Notes under the pieces: model-generated
What the model was told of the DNA's origin: nothing
Database searches by the model: none
What the model saw: only the letters and a program-made list of their open reading frames with translations
From: an uncultured Gammaproteobacteria bacterium
GTDB lineage: Bacteria; Patescibacteriota; Patescibacteriia; SBBC01; CAIJZX01
DNA length: 64,000 nucleotides
Assembly (NCBI GenBank): GCA_964397195.1
Contig: CAYNGY010000004.1
Span: 1,923-65,922, forward strand
Reading direction: 5' to 3'
Position numbers and translations under genes: made by a program
In this document: positions 33,122 to 43,507 of the stretch, piece after piece
Position numbering within the stretch: the stretch's first letter is position 1
How the letters are laid out: each line of letters starts with the position of its first letter

Positions 33122-34123
33122 TTAGAATCGTTGGATCAAACGCGGATCACCGCCATAAAAGACCCGGACATCGTGAACACCGTATTCCAGCATCGCCAAC
33201 CGATCGAGTCCCATACCAAAGGCAAAACCTTGCCAGTGCGACGGCGAGCGCCCCATCGCTTTGATCACGTTCGGATGAACCAAGCCAGCACCCAAAAGTT
33301 CCATCCATCGCGGTTTCTGACCCGGCGCTTCGTACCACACATCCAATTCCATCCCCGGCTCAACGAATGGAAAAAAGCTTGGCCGGACTCGGGTTCGGGC
33401 CGTCGGGAAAAGGCGATGAATGAATAATTCCAACGTCGCAATCAGGTGCCCCATCGTCACCTGATGGTCAACAAAAACTCCATCACATTGCATAAACATG
33501 GATTCGTGGGTCGCATCCGTCGCTTCGTTCCGATATACCTTCCCGATTTCGACATACCGCACCGGCGCATCCGACGGCGCGTGATGCTTGAGAGCACGAA
33601 GTTGCACGGTCGACGAGTGGGTTCGCAAAACGAGGCGCGGTTCGTTTTTGATAAAAAACGTATCTTGAATATCACGAGCCGGATGGTCCTTTGGTACGTT
33701 CAGTCCATCAAAGTTATACCATTCGTCCTCAAGTTCCGGGCCGTCGTGGACGGCGTAGCCGAGACTTTGCCAAATCATGCGCACCCGACGGGCGTAGGCC
33801 GTCAACGGATGGAGTCGGCCCCGCTTCCACGGCGCGCCCGGGAGCGTCAGGTCAAACTGCATGTCCGGTGTATGGATCGCCCGGCGATGTGTCTCAATCG
33901 CTTGGGTCAGCGTTCGTTTCGCCGCGTTTAATCGGTCCCCGGCTACCCGCCTAATCGACGGCGGCAATTCGCTTAATCCAGAAAATCGTGCGTTCAAAAG
34001 ACCGTTGCGCCCGAGGTACTTCGTCGACAATCCTTCAATGTCAGCCAAGCTGGTAGTCGCATGAACCGCCTGCAAGGCCGATTGTAATTCCGCATCAAGA
34101 CCGAGGAGTGGATCGTTACTCAT
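33122..34123 (-). CDS. pheS: phenylalanyl-tRNA synthetase alpha subunit
   Basis: Class II motifs (FMQCDGVFVD, ...GAGLVHPNV). Confidence 0.9.
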   Translation of the reverse strand: MSNDPLLGLDAELQSALQAVHATTSLADIEGLSTKYLGRNGLLNARFSGLSELPPSIRRVAGDRLNAAKRTLTQAIETHRRAIHTPDMQFDLTLPGAPWKRGRLHPLTAYARRVRMIWQSLGYAVHDGPELEDEWYNFDGLNVPKDHPARDIQDTFFIKNEPRLVLRTHSSTVQLRALKHHAPSDAPVRYVEIGKVYRNEATDATHESMFMQCDGVFVDHQVTMGHLIATLELFIHRLFPTARTRVRPSFFPFVEPGMELDVWYEAPGQKPRWMELLGAGLVHPNVIKAMGRSPSHWQGFAFGMGLDRLAMLEYGVHDVRVFYGGDPRLIQRF

Positions 34124-34529
34124 GGGACATCACGTATGAATGTTCTGACTGGTGACGCGCTTGACCGGCCTGGAAGAACGCTTCAATTCCTACCGCCACC
34201 ACAAATGCCAAACCACCGGTCCAGACGCTCAGTAAACTGCCTGCCTGGAGTCCCAAAAAAACAACTGTCAACGTGCTGAGATTCACCGCCTGCCGAGCGG
34301 CCACGGCCATTTGGCGGTACGGAATCGTCTGACGCTCAAAAAGATGGCGCGCGAGGAAACCAATAATCGTCGCCGTCCCGAGGATCGCCAACCACAGACT
34401 CGAAAAAAAGAGGGTCGGGGCGATGCCACGGCTCGATTCCGGGTTGATTTGCCATAGCACCACAACCCACGTACCCCAGGACAATGCGGTGCCAATAGCG
34501 CTGAGCACAAGAAATCGAACAACCGTCAT
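34116..34529 (-). CDS. small 4-TM membrane protein, first gene of the pheST operon (leaderless)
   Basis: Overlaps the pheS start by 8 nt. ATG lies 8 nt after the TATAAT -10. Confidence 0.5.
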   Translation of the reverse strand: MTVVRFLVLSAIGTALSWGTWVVVLWQINPESSRGIAPTLFFSSLWLAILGTATIIGFLARHLFERQTIPYRQMAVAARQAVNLSTLTVVFLGLQAGSLLSVWTGGLAFVVAVGIEAFFQAGQARHQSEHSYVMSHE

Positions 34530-34537
34530 ACCGCATG

Positions 34538-34566
34538 ATTATACTGATTTTTCCAGCAATCGGCAA
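34538..34566 (-). promoter_or_regulatory. promoter of the pheST operon (TTGCCG-17-TATAAT)
   Basis: Minus strand TTGCCGattgctggaaaaatcagTATAAT, then 8 nt to the ATG (leaderless). Confidence 0.5.
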
Positions 34567-34624
34567 CATGCCGACCGACCTTGACGACGGCGTCCTGTTT
34601 CGGCAGGATACGTTCATCACAGGC

Positions 34625-34752
34625 AGCAGGGTGTCCGAACGGTATGGACTGGTCTCAGCCCCCAGAACCCAGAGGAGAGGAGGAAGCCGATGGACTCCTT
34701 GATCGGCATCCAAGAGTGCCTCTGGTTGCGGGTTCGAATCCCGCCCCTGCTG
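34625..34752 (+). ncRNA. tRNA-like element (canonical T-arm and acceptor stem, type-II-like D- and V-arms, aberrant middle): degenerate or insert-containing tRNA, or a tRNA-like RNA
   Basis: GCGGG-TTCGAAT-CCCGC T-arm at 34728-34744. Acceptor 3' strand CCCTGCT with discriminator G at 34752. The only complementary 5' strand, AGCAGGG, is at 34625-31. D-arm-like TCC-GAACGGTAT-GGA follows. V-arm-like CCAAGAG-TGC-CTCTGG at 34710-25. Total 128 nt, too long for a normal tRNA. Confidence 0.3.
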
Positions 34753-34974
34753 CCGAAATCGCACATCGCACGCTTCACCCTACCTGTGCCGGCCCGGAAC
34801 CGTCTCGGTCGGGAAGTTCCGAGGGGCCCCGAGTCGCGTCTCTGGGCCGGCACCTTCCGTGGGCCATGTTCGTTGCTGAACGTGGCTCGCTTTTTTTATT
34901 CCGTAAAAATCCTAGCAAACACCGGCCCATGCAAACGAAACTGAAAAAATGCTGAACGAGTTATCAACACCCAA

Positions 34975-35210
34975 CAACCGTTTGGTTTTTCCTCCGAGCG
35001 TAACAGTTAACGACTCAATTCGGCGGCGAGTGATAGCGAGCCGTACCGAGACAAGAGCGGTCGGTCGGACAGCGCAGACGTCAAACTTGCTTTGCGGCTC
35101 GCGATGCCCGACCGACACACAAGAGGGAAAAGGAGGCAGCGAAGCCCCGCTCCGTCCGGAGCGATGGGCGTCAGCGTCGGAAGGAAAAACCGTCTGGTTT
35201 TTCCTCCGAG
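34975..35210 (+). repeat. two direct copies of AACCGT[TC]TGGTTTTTCCTCCGAGC 211 bp apart, flanking a long imperfect hairpin
   Basis: Copies at about 34975-34999 and 35186-35210 (24 of 25 identical). Between them, GTCGGTCGG...CCGACCGAC can pair. Confidence 0.5.
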
Positions 35211-38144
35211 CTACACCGCCCGAAATTCGCAGATGTCCTTGAAGTCGCAGTACTTACAAATCATCTCATTCGGGGTCGGTCGGAAGTCGCCACGCTGAAT
35301 ACCAGCCACCGTATCGCGAACCCAATCAAGTGCCCCGGCCGCGTCTTTCTCGCTCGGCGTCATCGTCCGCGATTCATTTTCATCAATGAAGTAATACTCG
35401 AGCTCCTGGACATCACCGTCAAGGATGTGCGGATCTTTCACTGCCAGGGTATATATCAATAACTGGTATTTGTCGTCACGTTCAAACTTCTCTTTTACCT
35501 TTCCTGTTTTGTAATCCACAATCTTGACCAACGGTTTTTTTGTATGCGCGTCCACTCCAATCTGATCAATCCGATCAATCGCGCCGGTAATCACAAACTC
35601 ATCGATCTTCAAATTGAACACCTGTTCTAACCGCAAAACGTTCGGCCGGGCACTGATGGTCTTTTCATACCACCCTTCGAGCGCCGCCTTCCCTTTCACG
35701 TAGTATTCCTGTCGCTGTTTCTTTGACTGATACCACTCGTCAATGAACGACTGCTCGTACATGGTTAAGAGCTCCGGCAGTGTTACATCCTTTCCGCCAT
35801 CCGCCTGGCGGGCTTTCTGGAGGGAAAAGAAGTTAAAAAGCGTTTTATGAATCGATGATCCATATGATAACGCATGACTCCCTTTTTTCGGAATCTGGAG
35901 TACGAAGGCGTAGCGGTATTTCCAAGGACAATCATTATACGTCGACAGTTTCGTGAAGCTAAAAGACTTTTCACGCGTCAGGTACGCCGCGACTTCCTGT
36001 TTCTCCACCGCGGTCGGAATAAAATCACGTATCGGCAACGGCGGTTTCTTCTCGGCCGCGACCGGTGGCGCCAACAGTTGTAACTCGTACATGAATGGAG
36101 ACGGTTTTTTACGCCGCGTCCCGCCGTAATCTTCGGCCAACGTGAAAAATACACCATCACGCGCCCGGGTAATCGCCACGTACATCAACCGCCGCTCTTC
36201 TTGGACATGCGCATCGCCGCTCGGTAAGTGCTCACGAATGAGCGCGTCGGGCACCGGGATCGCATCCGCCCGATTCATTCCCGGGAATCGCTGTTCAACA
36301 ACATTACCGATAAAAACATACGGAAACTCCAAGCCCTTGGCTGAGTGAATGGTCATGATCTTGATCGTTTCCGGCCCGCTCTCAAGATCACGCTCGAGGG
36401 CTCCCGCATCACCGGAGTCAGTGACATGGTCGATGTATTGGAGAAAGGCCCGAACGGTAGCTGGACGTTCGCCGTGCTGAAATGTTTCGATTGCTTTGAA
36501 AAACTGCCTGAGGTACGAGGCGTTCTGATGCGTCTGCGCCGACTCATCTTTCGTCATTGTCTTGAGATATCCCGAGTCATTCAAAAACTGAAGCGCCACC
36601 TCGCCAACCGGCTTTGATTGTGCCGACTGGGCGTGCTGGTGTATACCGTCAAGCAATCGGGCTACCCCGGCGCGCACCGCGTCCGTTACTGTCAGATCAT
36701 CAAGGTGTTGGAGTTGCTCGAAGAGTGACCGCGTTTTCTTTTTGGCCATATGGCTCAACTCGATAACAGCATCATGATCGATCCCCCAGATCGGCATGGC
36801 AACCACACGGTACATCGCCGCCGCTTCATGGTAATTGTCGAGCAGTCGCAGGTAGGCCAAAATATCAAGCACCACCGGCTTCGTAAAGAGTCCGCGGGCG
36901 GCGAAAAAGGTGTACGGGAATCCGCGTCGCTCAAACTCCTGTAGAAAAATCTGGGCGTGGTCATTGGCACGGACCAAGACGCAAAAGGCATCCCACTTCA
37001 CCTCGGGATTTTGTGCCCGAATAGCCTCGATTTTTTCCGCCACCGCTCGCGCCTCGGCTTCCTGCGTTTCCTGATGGAAGACCTGGATTTCACCGGCGCC
37101 TAGACGCTGGGCCTGGAGTTGTTTTGAAATCTGGAGCCCACCGAGATCGCTCACTTTCGCTTCCAAGCGGTCTGGATTATTTTGCTGGATAAAATGGTAG
37201 GCGGCATCCAAAATTGATTGCTTCGTCCGATAGTTCTTGGTCAGGACCACCACTTCCGCCTCCGGAAAATCTTTCTTAAACGCTAAAATATTCGAGACCG
37301 ACGCCCCACGAAATTTATAGATCGACTGGTCATCATCACCCACGACCGTCAGATTATTGCGCGGCGCCGCCAGACGCTTAATCAACTCAAACTGCGCCCA
37401 GTTGGTATCCTGAAACTCGTCGACCAAAACATATTGGAATTGCTGTTGATACTGTTTGAGAATTGCCGGGCGTTCACGCAGAAGCCGCAGTGTATAGAGA
37501 ATCAGATCGCCGAAATCAAGGGCGTTATTATCGAGCAAGAGCTGATTATAGGTCGCATAGGCTCTCGCCAGCTCCATAATCCGATCCGCCTCAGCTCGAT
37601 CTTCCTCGCTCTTCTTCGTTTTTCCTTTACCAAGCTTCTTGGCGTGGTCGAGATACTCTACCGGCGAAATATCCTCGTCTTTCAGGCGCGAAAAATGCTT
37701 GACTAGGGCCGAGATAAACTTCGTCGGGTTCCCCAATGGTCGGTAATAATCAAGTTCGAACTCGTCGAGGTGCTCACGAATCAACAGCCACTGATCGGTC
37801 TGCGACAGCAACCGAAAATCATTCGACAGGCCGATATCAAGCGCGTGACGTTCAAGGAGTCGCTGACCGAAGCCATGGAACGTCATCACCCATAAATCAA
37901 CATATCCATACGGTAAAATTTTCTCGACCCGCTCCTGCATTTCCCCGGCCGCTTTGTCGGTAAAGGTTAAGGCCAGGATGTTGTCCGATGGAATCTGTTC
38001 GTGCATGATCAGGTGGGCGATGCGCTCCGTTACGACCGTCGTTTTTCCGGTGCCCGCGCCCGCCACAATCAATAATGGGCCTTGGCCATGCTGGATGGCG
38101 GCGCGTTGTTCGGTATTGACGGTGTCCGGAATTTGGCCTGGCAT
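35211..38144 (-). CDS. UvrD/PcrA-family helicase fused to a C-terminal RecB-family (PD-(D/E)xK, Cys-cluster) nuclease domain
   Basis: Walker A GAGTGKT and UvrD motifs. C-terminus DYKTGKV...YQLLIYTLAV...CKYCDFKDIC resembles AddA/AdnAB nuclease domains. Confidence 0.75.
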   Translation of the reverse strand: MPGQIPDTVNTEQRAAIQHGQGPLLIVAGAGTGKTTVVTERIAHLIMHEQIPSDNILALTFTDKAAGEMQERVEKILPYGYVDLWVMTFHGFGQRLLERHALDIGLSNDFRLLSQTDQWLLIREHLDEFELDYYRPLGNPTKFISALVKHFSRLKDEDISPVEYLDHAKKLGKGKTKKSEEDRAEADRIMELARAYATYNQLLLDNNALDFGDLILYTLRLLRERPAILKQYQQQFQYVLVDEFQDTNWAQFELIKRLAAPRNNLTVVGDDDQSIYKFRGASVSNILAFKKDFPEAEVVVLTKNYRTKQSILDAAYHFIQQNNPDRLEAKVSDLGGLQISKQLQAQRLGAGEIQVFHQETQEAEARAVAEKIEAIRAQNPEVKWDAFCVLVRANDHAQIFLQEFERRGFPYTFFAARGLFTKPVVLDILAYLRLLDNYHEAAAMYRVVAMPIWGIDHDAVIELSHMAKKKTRSLFEQLQHLDDLTVTDAVRAGVARLLDGIHQHAQSAQSKPVGEVALQFLNDSGYLKTMTKDESAQTHQNASYLRQFFKAIETFQHGERPATVRAFLQYIDHVTDSGDAGALERDLESGPETIKIMTIHSAKGLEFPYVFIGNVVEQRFPGMNRADAIPVPDALIREHLPSGDAHVQEERRLMYVAITRARDGVFFTLAEDYGGTRRKKPSPFMYELQLLAPPVAAEKKPPLPIRDFIPTAVEKQEVAAYLTREKSFSFTKLSTYNDCPWKYRYAFVLQIPKKGSHALSYGSSIHKTLFNFFSLQKARQADGGKDVTLPELLTMYEQSFIDEWYQSKKQRQEYYVKGKAALEGWYEKTISARPNVLRLEQVFNLKIDEFVITGAIDRIDQIGVDAHTKKPLVKIVDYKTGKVKEKFERDDKYQLLIYTLAVKDPHILDGDVQELEYYFIDENESRTMTPSEKDAAGALDWVRDTVAGIQRGDFRPTPNEMICKYCDFKDICEFRAV

Positions 38145-38150
38145 GGAATA

Positions 38151-38765
38151 TTATCCTCGCTGTTGGCTAATCATAATTGCTCTCCCAGTGTATCCACCTA
38201 TAAACTCCTTAATGGGAATTGGACGCGCCACCCAGTTTTGTTCCTCGATCTTTGATGTGTGATGGAGATAGAGGTGCGTCACAACCCCATGATCGAATCT
38301 GTACCCAACCACCACCGCCAGATGACCACCATATTTTTTCCAAAAAAAGAGTTGCTCTTTGAGCGTCTTCGTATTCTGCAAAGCCCATTTAATCGAAACG
38401 ATGGGGAGTCGATTTTGATCAATCGCCGCACGGAGTTCCTCCACACCAACAGGCTTCGCCGCCGCCAAGCATCCGTATTCGGTAGCAATGGCACATAATC
38501 CCTGATGACTCCAGCCATGCTGGTCGGTATACGCATGAAGTCGAAGGCCTGTCTGCAGGAGATCCTGAAACAACACATCGCGATGGAGCAAGAATTCAAA
38601 TGTCATTTGTAGGCACAAAATCCCACAACACGACTTCTGCCAATATTCGGCATCGTCCCGACTCGTAAAACCTAGCCGTGACCACACATCAAGATCCCAG
38701 TGCTGAGTATGGAACGGCACTGACAGCACCCGTTCTGGGACAGGCTCGGTTGTTGGCATTGTCAT
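38151..38765 (-). CDS. peptidase C39-like domain protein (papain-fold Cys/His)
   Basis: LSVPFHTQ...SCCGILCLQM and GGHLAVVVGY resemble the Peptidase_C39_2 family. No signal peptide. Confidence 0.5.
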   Translation of the reverse strand: MTMPTTEPVPERVLSVPFHTQHWDLDVWSRLGFTSRDDAEYWQKSCCGILCLQMTFEFLLHRDVLFQDLLQTGLRLHAYTDQHGWSHQGLCAIATEYGCLAAAKPVGVEELRAAIDQNRLPIVSIKWALQNTKTLKEQLFFWKKYGGHLAVVVGYRFDHGVVTHLYLHHTSKIEEQNWVARPIPIKEFIGGYTGRAIMISQQRG

Positions 38766-38772
38766 GACCAGC

Positions 38773-39366
38773 CTATTCTAGCACAGCCAGACCCCGGAGT
38801 AACCCGCCGACTCGTTCCTCAGCATCAAGCTCTTGTATCCGCAGAGCGATATAGCCTCGATCCACCGTTGGGTGATGTTTCAGAAAGTCCTTAATGTCCT
38901 GTACATCAAATTTTCCGAACGAATCGTCCCGCTGCAAAAGCGCTTTCGCTAGAATTACATCTTCGGGCGCGAGCAACCAGATATCCTGATCTTCATATTG
39001 CACAGCCTGTCGATGAGCGATTTGGAGCGGCGTCAACGACAGCGGATATGTCTTCCCCGCGACCGTCAGGACGAGATGACTGGTCAGTTGAATATCATAG
39101 TCGCCAAGTGGGTGTGAGTTTCGGACCGTCTCAATCGCCGACCGATAGGGCACAGACGCGATCCCAAATAACTGATCAATCCGATCGTGGTCTTCGTCGC
39201 GAACAAAGAGATCAAGATCGCCGGGTTGACGGGCATTCCCATGCACGAAAAAACAGGCACTACCACTGAGCGCCCATGGTATTCCGGCCTCATGTAACTG
39301 GGCTACGACCGTTACAAACGAAGGGAAGAGTTGGTCAAGTAGGTGGAGACGCTGGGTATCAATCAT
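38773..39366 (-). CDS. nucleotidyltransferase (Pol-beta superfamily) domain protein
   Basis: ALSGSACFFVHGNARQPGDLDLFV matches the minimal NTase motif [GS]x9-13Dx[DE]. Confidence 0.55.
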   Translation of the reverse strand: MIDTQRLHLLDQLFPSFVTVVAQLHEAGIPWALSGSACFFVHGNARQPGDLDLFVRDEDHDRIDQLFGIASVPYRSAIETVRNSHPLGDYDIQLTSHLVLTVAGKTYPLSLTPLQIAHRQAVQYEDQDIWLLAPEDVILAKALLQRDDSFGKFDVQDIKDFLKHHPTVDRGYIALRIQELDAEERVGGLLRGLAVLE

Positions 39367-39498
39367 GTCCGTAGTATACCCTACCTAGGCCACCCTACAG
39401 AAGGTGCCCTGGATCTCAGCGTCCCTCTGACCTCAAACCGGTTTCTTTCCACGACAACAATGCCCGCCATATCAGCGAGTCGCAACATAAACACTTCC

Positions 39499-40452
39499 TC
39501 AGGTCCGCGCCGCCGGTTTTCGGGCGATTACGTTAAAATGCCAGTTCAACAGATGGAGTCCCGGCACCATTCTGAGCACCTCATCAATCCGTGATAAGAC
39601 ATGGTCCATCGTTCGCCATGTCGCCAACGGTTTATGTCGCAGGCGACCGAGAAAACGCGTCAACTGTTCATTGACCGAACCGAGGTATTTAATCCGTCGA
39701 ACATCTTCAATCTGAAGTCCCGCCGTGGCAAATGTGGTTCGAATTAACGGTAGTGTATACCCTTCGGTCGTGTCATCGGCCACCGAGTTATGTTGCCGGT
39801 CGCGATTGGCGCGAATGAAGTTCTTCAACGGACGCAACCAGCGATACATGGTTCGATATGGCCACTGCGCCGGCTCAATTCCCCAGATCACGAGGCCACC
39901 GGGTTTGACGACACGAGCAAATTCTTGTAAGGCGGCGGCTTGATTCGGAAGATGGTGAAATGAGGCGGCAATAAAGGCGGCGTCGAAACTGTTATCGGCA
40001 AACGGCATGTGCTCCGCGTCAGCGACAGCAAACCGCATGTGCTCACCAAGCGGTGTGCCCGAAGCTAACCATCGCGACTTCGCCACTGAGACCGGAGAAA
40101 TATCGAATGAGGTTACGAATTTATTGGCCGCGGCAATTTCAATTCCATCAGCCCGCGTCCCGCAGGCCACTTCCAGCACGGCGGCACCATCTGGCAGTTG
40201 CCGCATTGGGTTTAGGAAGTGCCAGTGAAATGACGAGTTCCGTCCGCGTAACGACCGCGGCGGCGCCGTCCGTGAGATCTCATCGTGAAAAGCCTGCTCC
40301 TCACCTTTAAACGCATCCAAACCTGAGGCGATCAAGATGGGCAAGCCGTCCTGAACAGGATACATCTTTCCACAACCGGTACACACCCACATCTCGCCGT
40401 CCTGACGGATCGGTTGGTGGCAGGCGGGACAGGCAAATGATGGATGACTCAT
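39499..40452 (-). CDS. class I SAM-dependent methyltransferase with N-terminal Trm112-like zinc ribbon
   Basis: CPACHQ...CTGCGKMYPVQDGLPILI then VLEVACGTRADGIE (motif I). Confidence 0.7.
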   Translation of the reverse strand: MSHPSFACPACHQPIRQDGEMWVCTGCGKMYPVQDGLPILIASGLDAFKGEEQAFHDEISRTAPPRSLRGRNSSFHWHFLNPMRQLPDGAAVLEVACGTRADGIEIAAANKFVTSFDISPVSVAKSRWLASGTPLGEHMRFAVADAEHMPFADNSFDAAFIAASFHHLPNQAAALQEFARVVKPGGLVIWGIEPAQWPYRTMYRWLRPLKNFIRANRDRQHNSVADDTTEGYTLPLIRTTFATAGLQIEDVRRIKYLGSVNEQLTRFLGRLRHKPLATWRTMDHVLSRIDEVLRMVPGLHLLNWHFNVIARKPAART

Positions 40453-40521
40453 GATCGTGAAGAAAGTGGAGTGAACGTAATCGAGGACTGCACCGTACCA
40501 CTCGCCCTATCCGGCGTCAAT

Positions 40522-40980
40522 TTAGTCTTTTCGTACCCCCTCGTATGGCAGTCCGTGATGGCCATGATGCTTATGTTTCCGAACGACATGGAGACGGGCT
40601 AGATCGCGTTCAAGTTTCGCGGCCATTCCAGCGTACTCGACATGCTCATGGGTAAGTTCAGACTTCAACTGCTCGGCACGAGCAATCGCATCATGAACCC
40701 GTTGTTCATCTATCTCGGCAATATGTTCCGCGGTATCCGCCAAGACCACGAGTTTGTCAGGATGGACCTCAAGAAACCCGCCACCGATTGCGAACGGTTC
40801 TTCACGGCCATCCGACAAATGAATCATCAGTTCTCCCGCTTTCAAGGTGGTCGCAATCGGCATGTGATGTGGTAAAACCGTAATCTGACCATCAATCGTC
40901 GGCACGGTCATGCCAGCCACATCCGCATGATAGACTTCGCGAACCGGCGTAATGATGCTGAGAGAGATAGTGCTAGTCAT
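40522..40980 (-). CDS. atpC: F-type ATP synthase epsilon subunit
   Basis: Beta-sandwich N-domain plus C-terminal helices. His-rich tail. Confidence 0.85.
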   Translation of the reverse strand: MTSTISLSIITPVREVYHADVAGMTVPTIDGQITVLPHHMPIATTLKAGELMIHLSDGREEPFAIGGGFLEVHPDKLVVLADTAEHIAEIDEQRVHDAIARAEQLKSELTHEHVEYAGMAAKLERDLARLHVVRKHKHHGHHGLPYEGVRKD

Positions 40981-41173
40981 CGCGCCACGCGTGAATATCC
41001 TTCATCGCAAACGAACGCTCAACATTTTTTTCAACGTCCATGGCGTCAAGGAGCCACTGCGGTTCCGGATGCCACGGTGTTGAAGCAAAACGCATGGATC
41101 GCGGCACAATGCGACGTTCGTGTCGCTCGCCGCGATGGTTTGTATAATCGATGCTGACGATATGATCGTCCAT
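40973..41173 (-). CDS. conserved-looking small ORF (66 aa) between atpD and atpC
   Basis: ATG 4 nt after the atpD TAA, in the same frame (TAA-TAT-ATG). Stop overlaps the atpC ATG (ATGACTAG). Normal codon usage. Fills an otherwise atypical 200-bp gap. Confidence 0.45.
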   Translation of the reverse strand: MDDHIVSIDYTNHRGERHERRIVPRSMRFASTPWHPEPQWLLDAMDVEKNVERSFAMKDIHAWRDD

Positions 41174-41176
41174 ATA

Positions 41177-42574
<1,398 letters not shown>

Positions 42575-43507
42575 CTAGCCTTCTAAAGCCGCCCGGCTGG
42601 CGGAAATTTCCGCCAAGTCCTGGGTAATGGCCGCCTGGCGGGCTTGGTTAAAGGTCAACGTTAAGTCGTCAATGAGTTCTTCGGCGGCATCCGAGGCGTT
42701 CCGCATCGCCAACATCCGCGCCGCATGCTCCGAAGCGTTTGTTTCCAGCACGGCCCGGAAGATCTGCATCTCCACCAGCCGCGGGAGCAGTGTTTCCAAG
42801 ACCGTATCGGCGTTTGGCTCAAATGCATATTCAAATGTCCGTTCCTCAGCCGCTTCTTCCGCCAAGACCTGTTCACGCTCACCGCGATCAAAGAGTCCGA
42901 GATGGTTCTCTTGTAAGTCAATCGGCGTCAGCGGCAGTATTTGCCGGACCCGCGGCTTTTGTACCAGCGATGAAACGTAGTCGACATAGGCGACGACGAC
43001 CTGATCATACTTCCCGGCCACGAAGCCATCAATCGCCATCTTCGCGACTGGACGAACATGGATACTATCGGTCACGACATCGTCTTTCACAAACTCAGCG
43101 GCCACGTCGTGGTGGAATTGCGTATGGAGACTACGACCTTTTGTCCCAAGGAGCATCACCGACGGCGTCACGACTTGGCCCGGTAAGGCTCGCAGATACC
43201 CATCGACCGCGGACAACAACTGTGAATTCAACGACCCGACAAAGCCGCGGTTCGACGAAACGACGATCACCGCCACATTCGCCACCGGACTCGTTTTTCG
43301 CAGCAAGGGATGTTTGCTCGCGTCGGTCCGCTTCGCCACATTCACCAACATTTCCCAAGCCGCGTTGGTATACGGTCGACTCGACAACACCGCCTGCGTT
43401 GCCTTACGCATTTTCACGCTGGAGACAAGCTCCATCGCCTTCGTAATCTTGCGCGTACTACCAATCGACCGAATGCGCCGCTTAATCTCGCCAGTAGAAA
43501 CGCTCAT
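42575..43507 (-). CDS. atpG: F-type ATP synthase gamma subunit
   Basis: Start at [14 protein letters not shown] (ATG 43507), adjacent to the atpA stop. The track ORF has a spurious 5' extension. Confidence 0.9.
   Translation of the reverse strand: MSVSTGEIKRRIRSIGSTRKITKAMELVSSVKMRKATQAVLSSRPYTNAAWEMLVNVAKRTDASKHPLLRKTSPVANVAVIVVSSNRGFVGSLNSQLLSAVDGYLRALPGQVVTPSVMLLGTKGRSLHTQFHHDVAAEFVKDDVVTDSIHVRPVAKMAIDGFVAGKYDQVVVAYVDYVSSLVQKPRVRQILPLTPIDLQENHLGLFDRGEREQVLAEEAAEERTFEYAFEPNADTVLETLLPRLVEMQIFRAVLETNASEHAARMLAMRNASDAAEELIDDLTLTFNQARQAAITQDLAEISASRAALEG

Noticed and set aside
34625-34752. tmRNA (ssrA) hypothesis for the tRNA-like element
   Set aside because: No G3·U70 Ala identity pair. The sequence is too short (128 nt versus about 350). 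No tag-peptide reading frame ends in ALAA-like residues.
34530-35210. RNase P RNA or SRP RNA in the ORF-free region
   Set aside because: Conserved blocks (GGAAAGTCCGGGCTCC / ACAGNRA for RNase P; GGAAGCAGCC domain IV for SRP) are not present beyond short chance matches.
34975-35210. CRISPR array
   Set aside because: Only two repeat copies, 211 bp apart, with no cas genes nearby.
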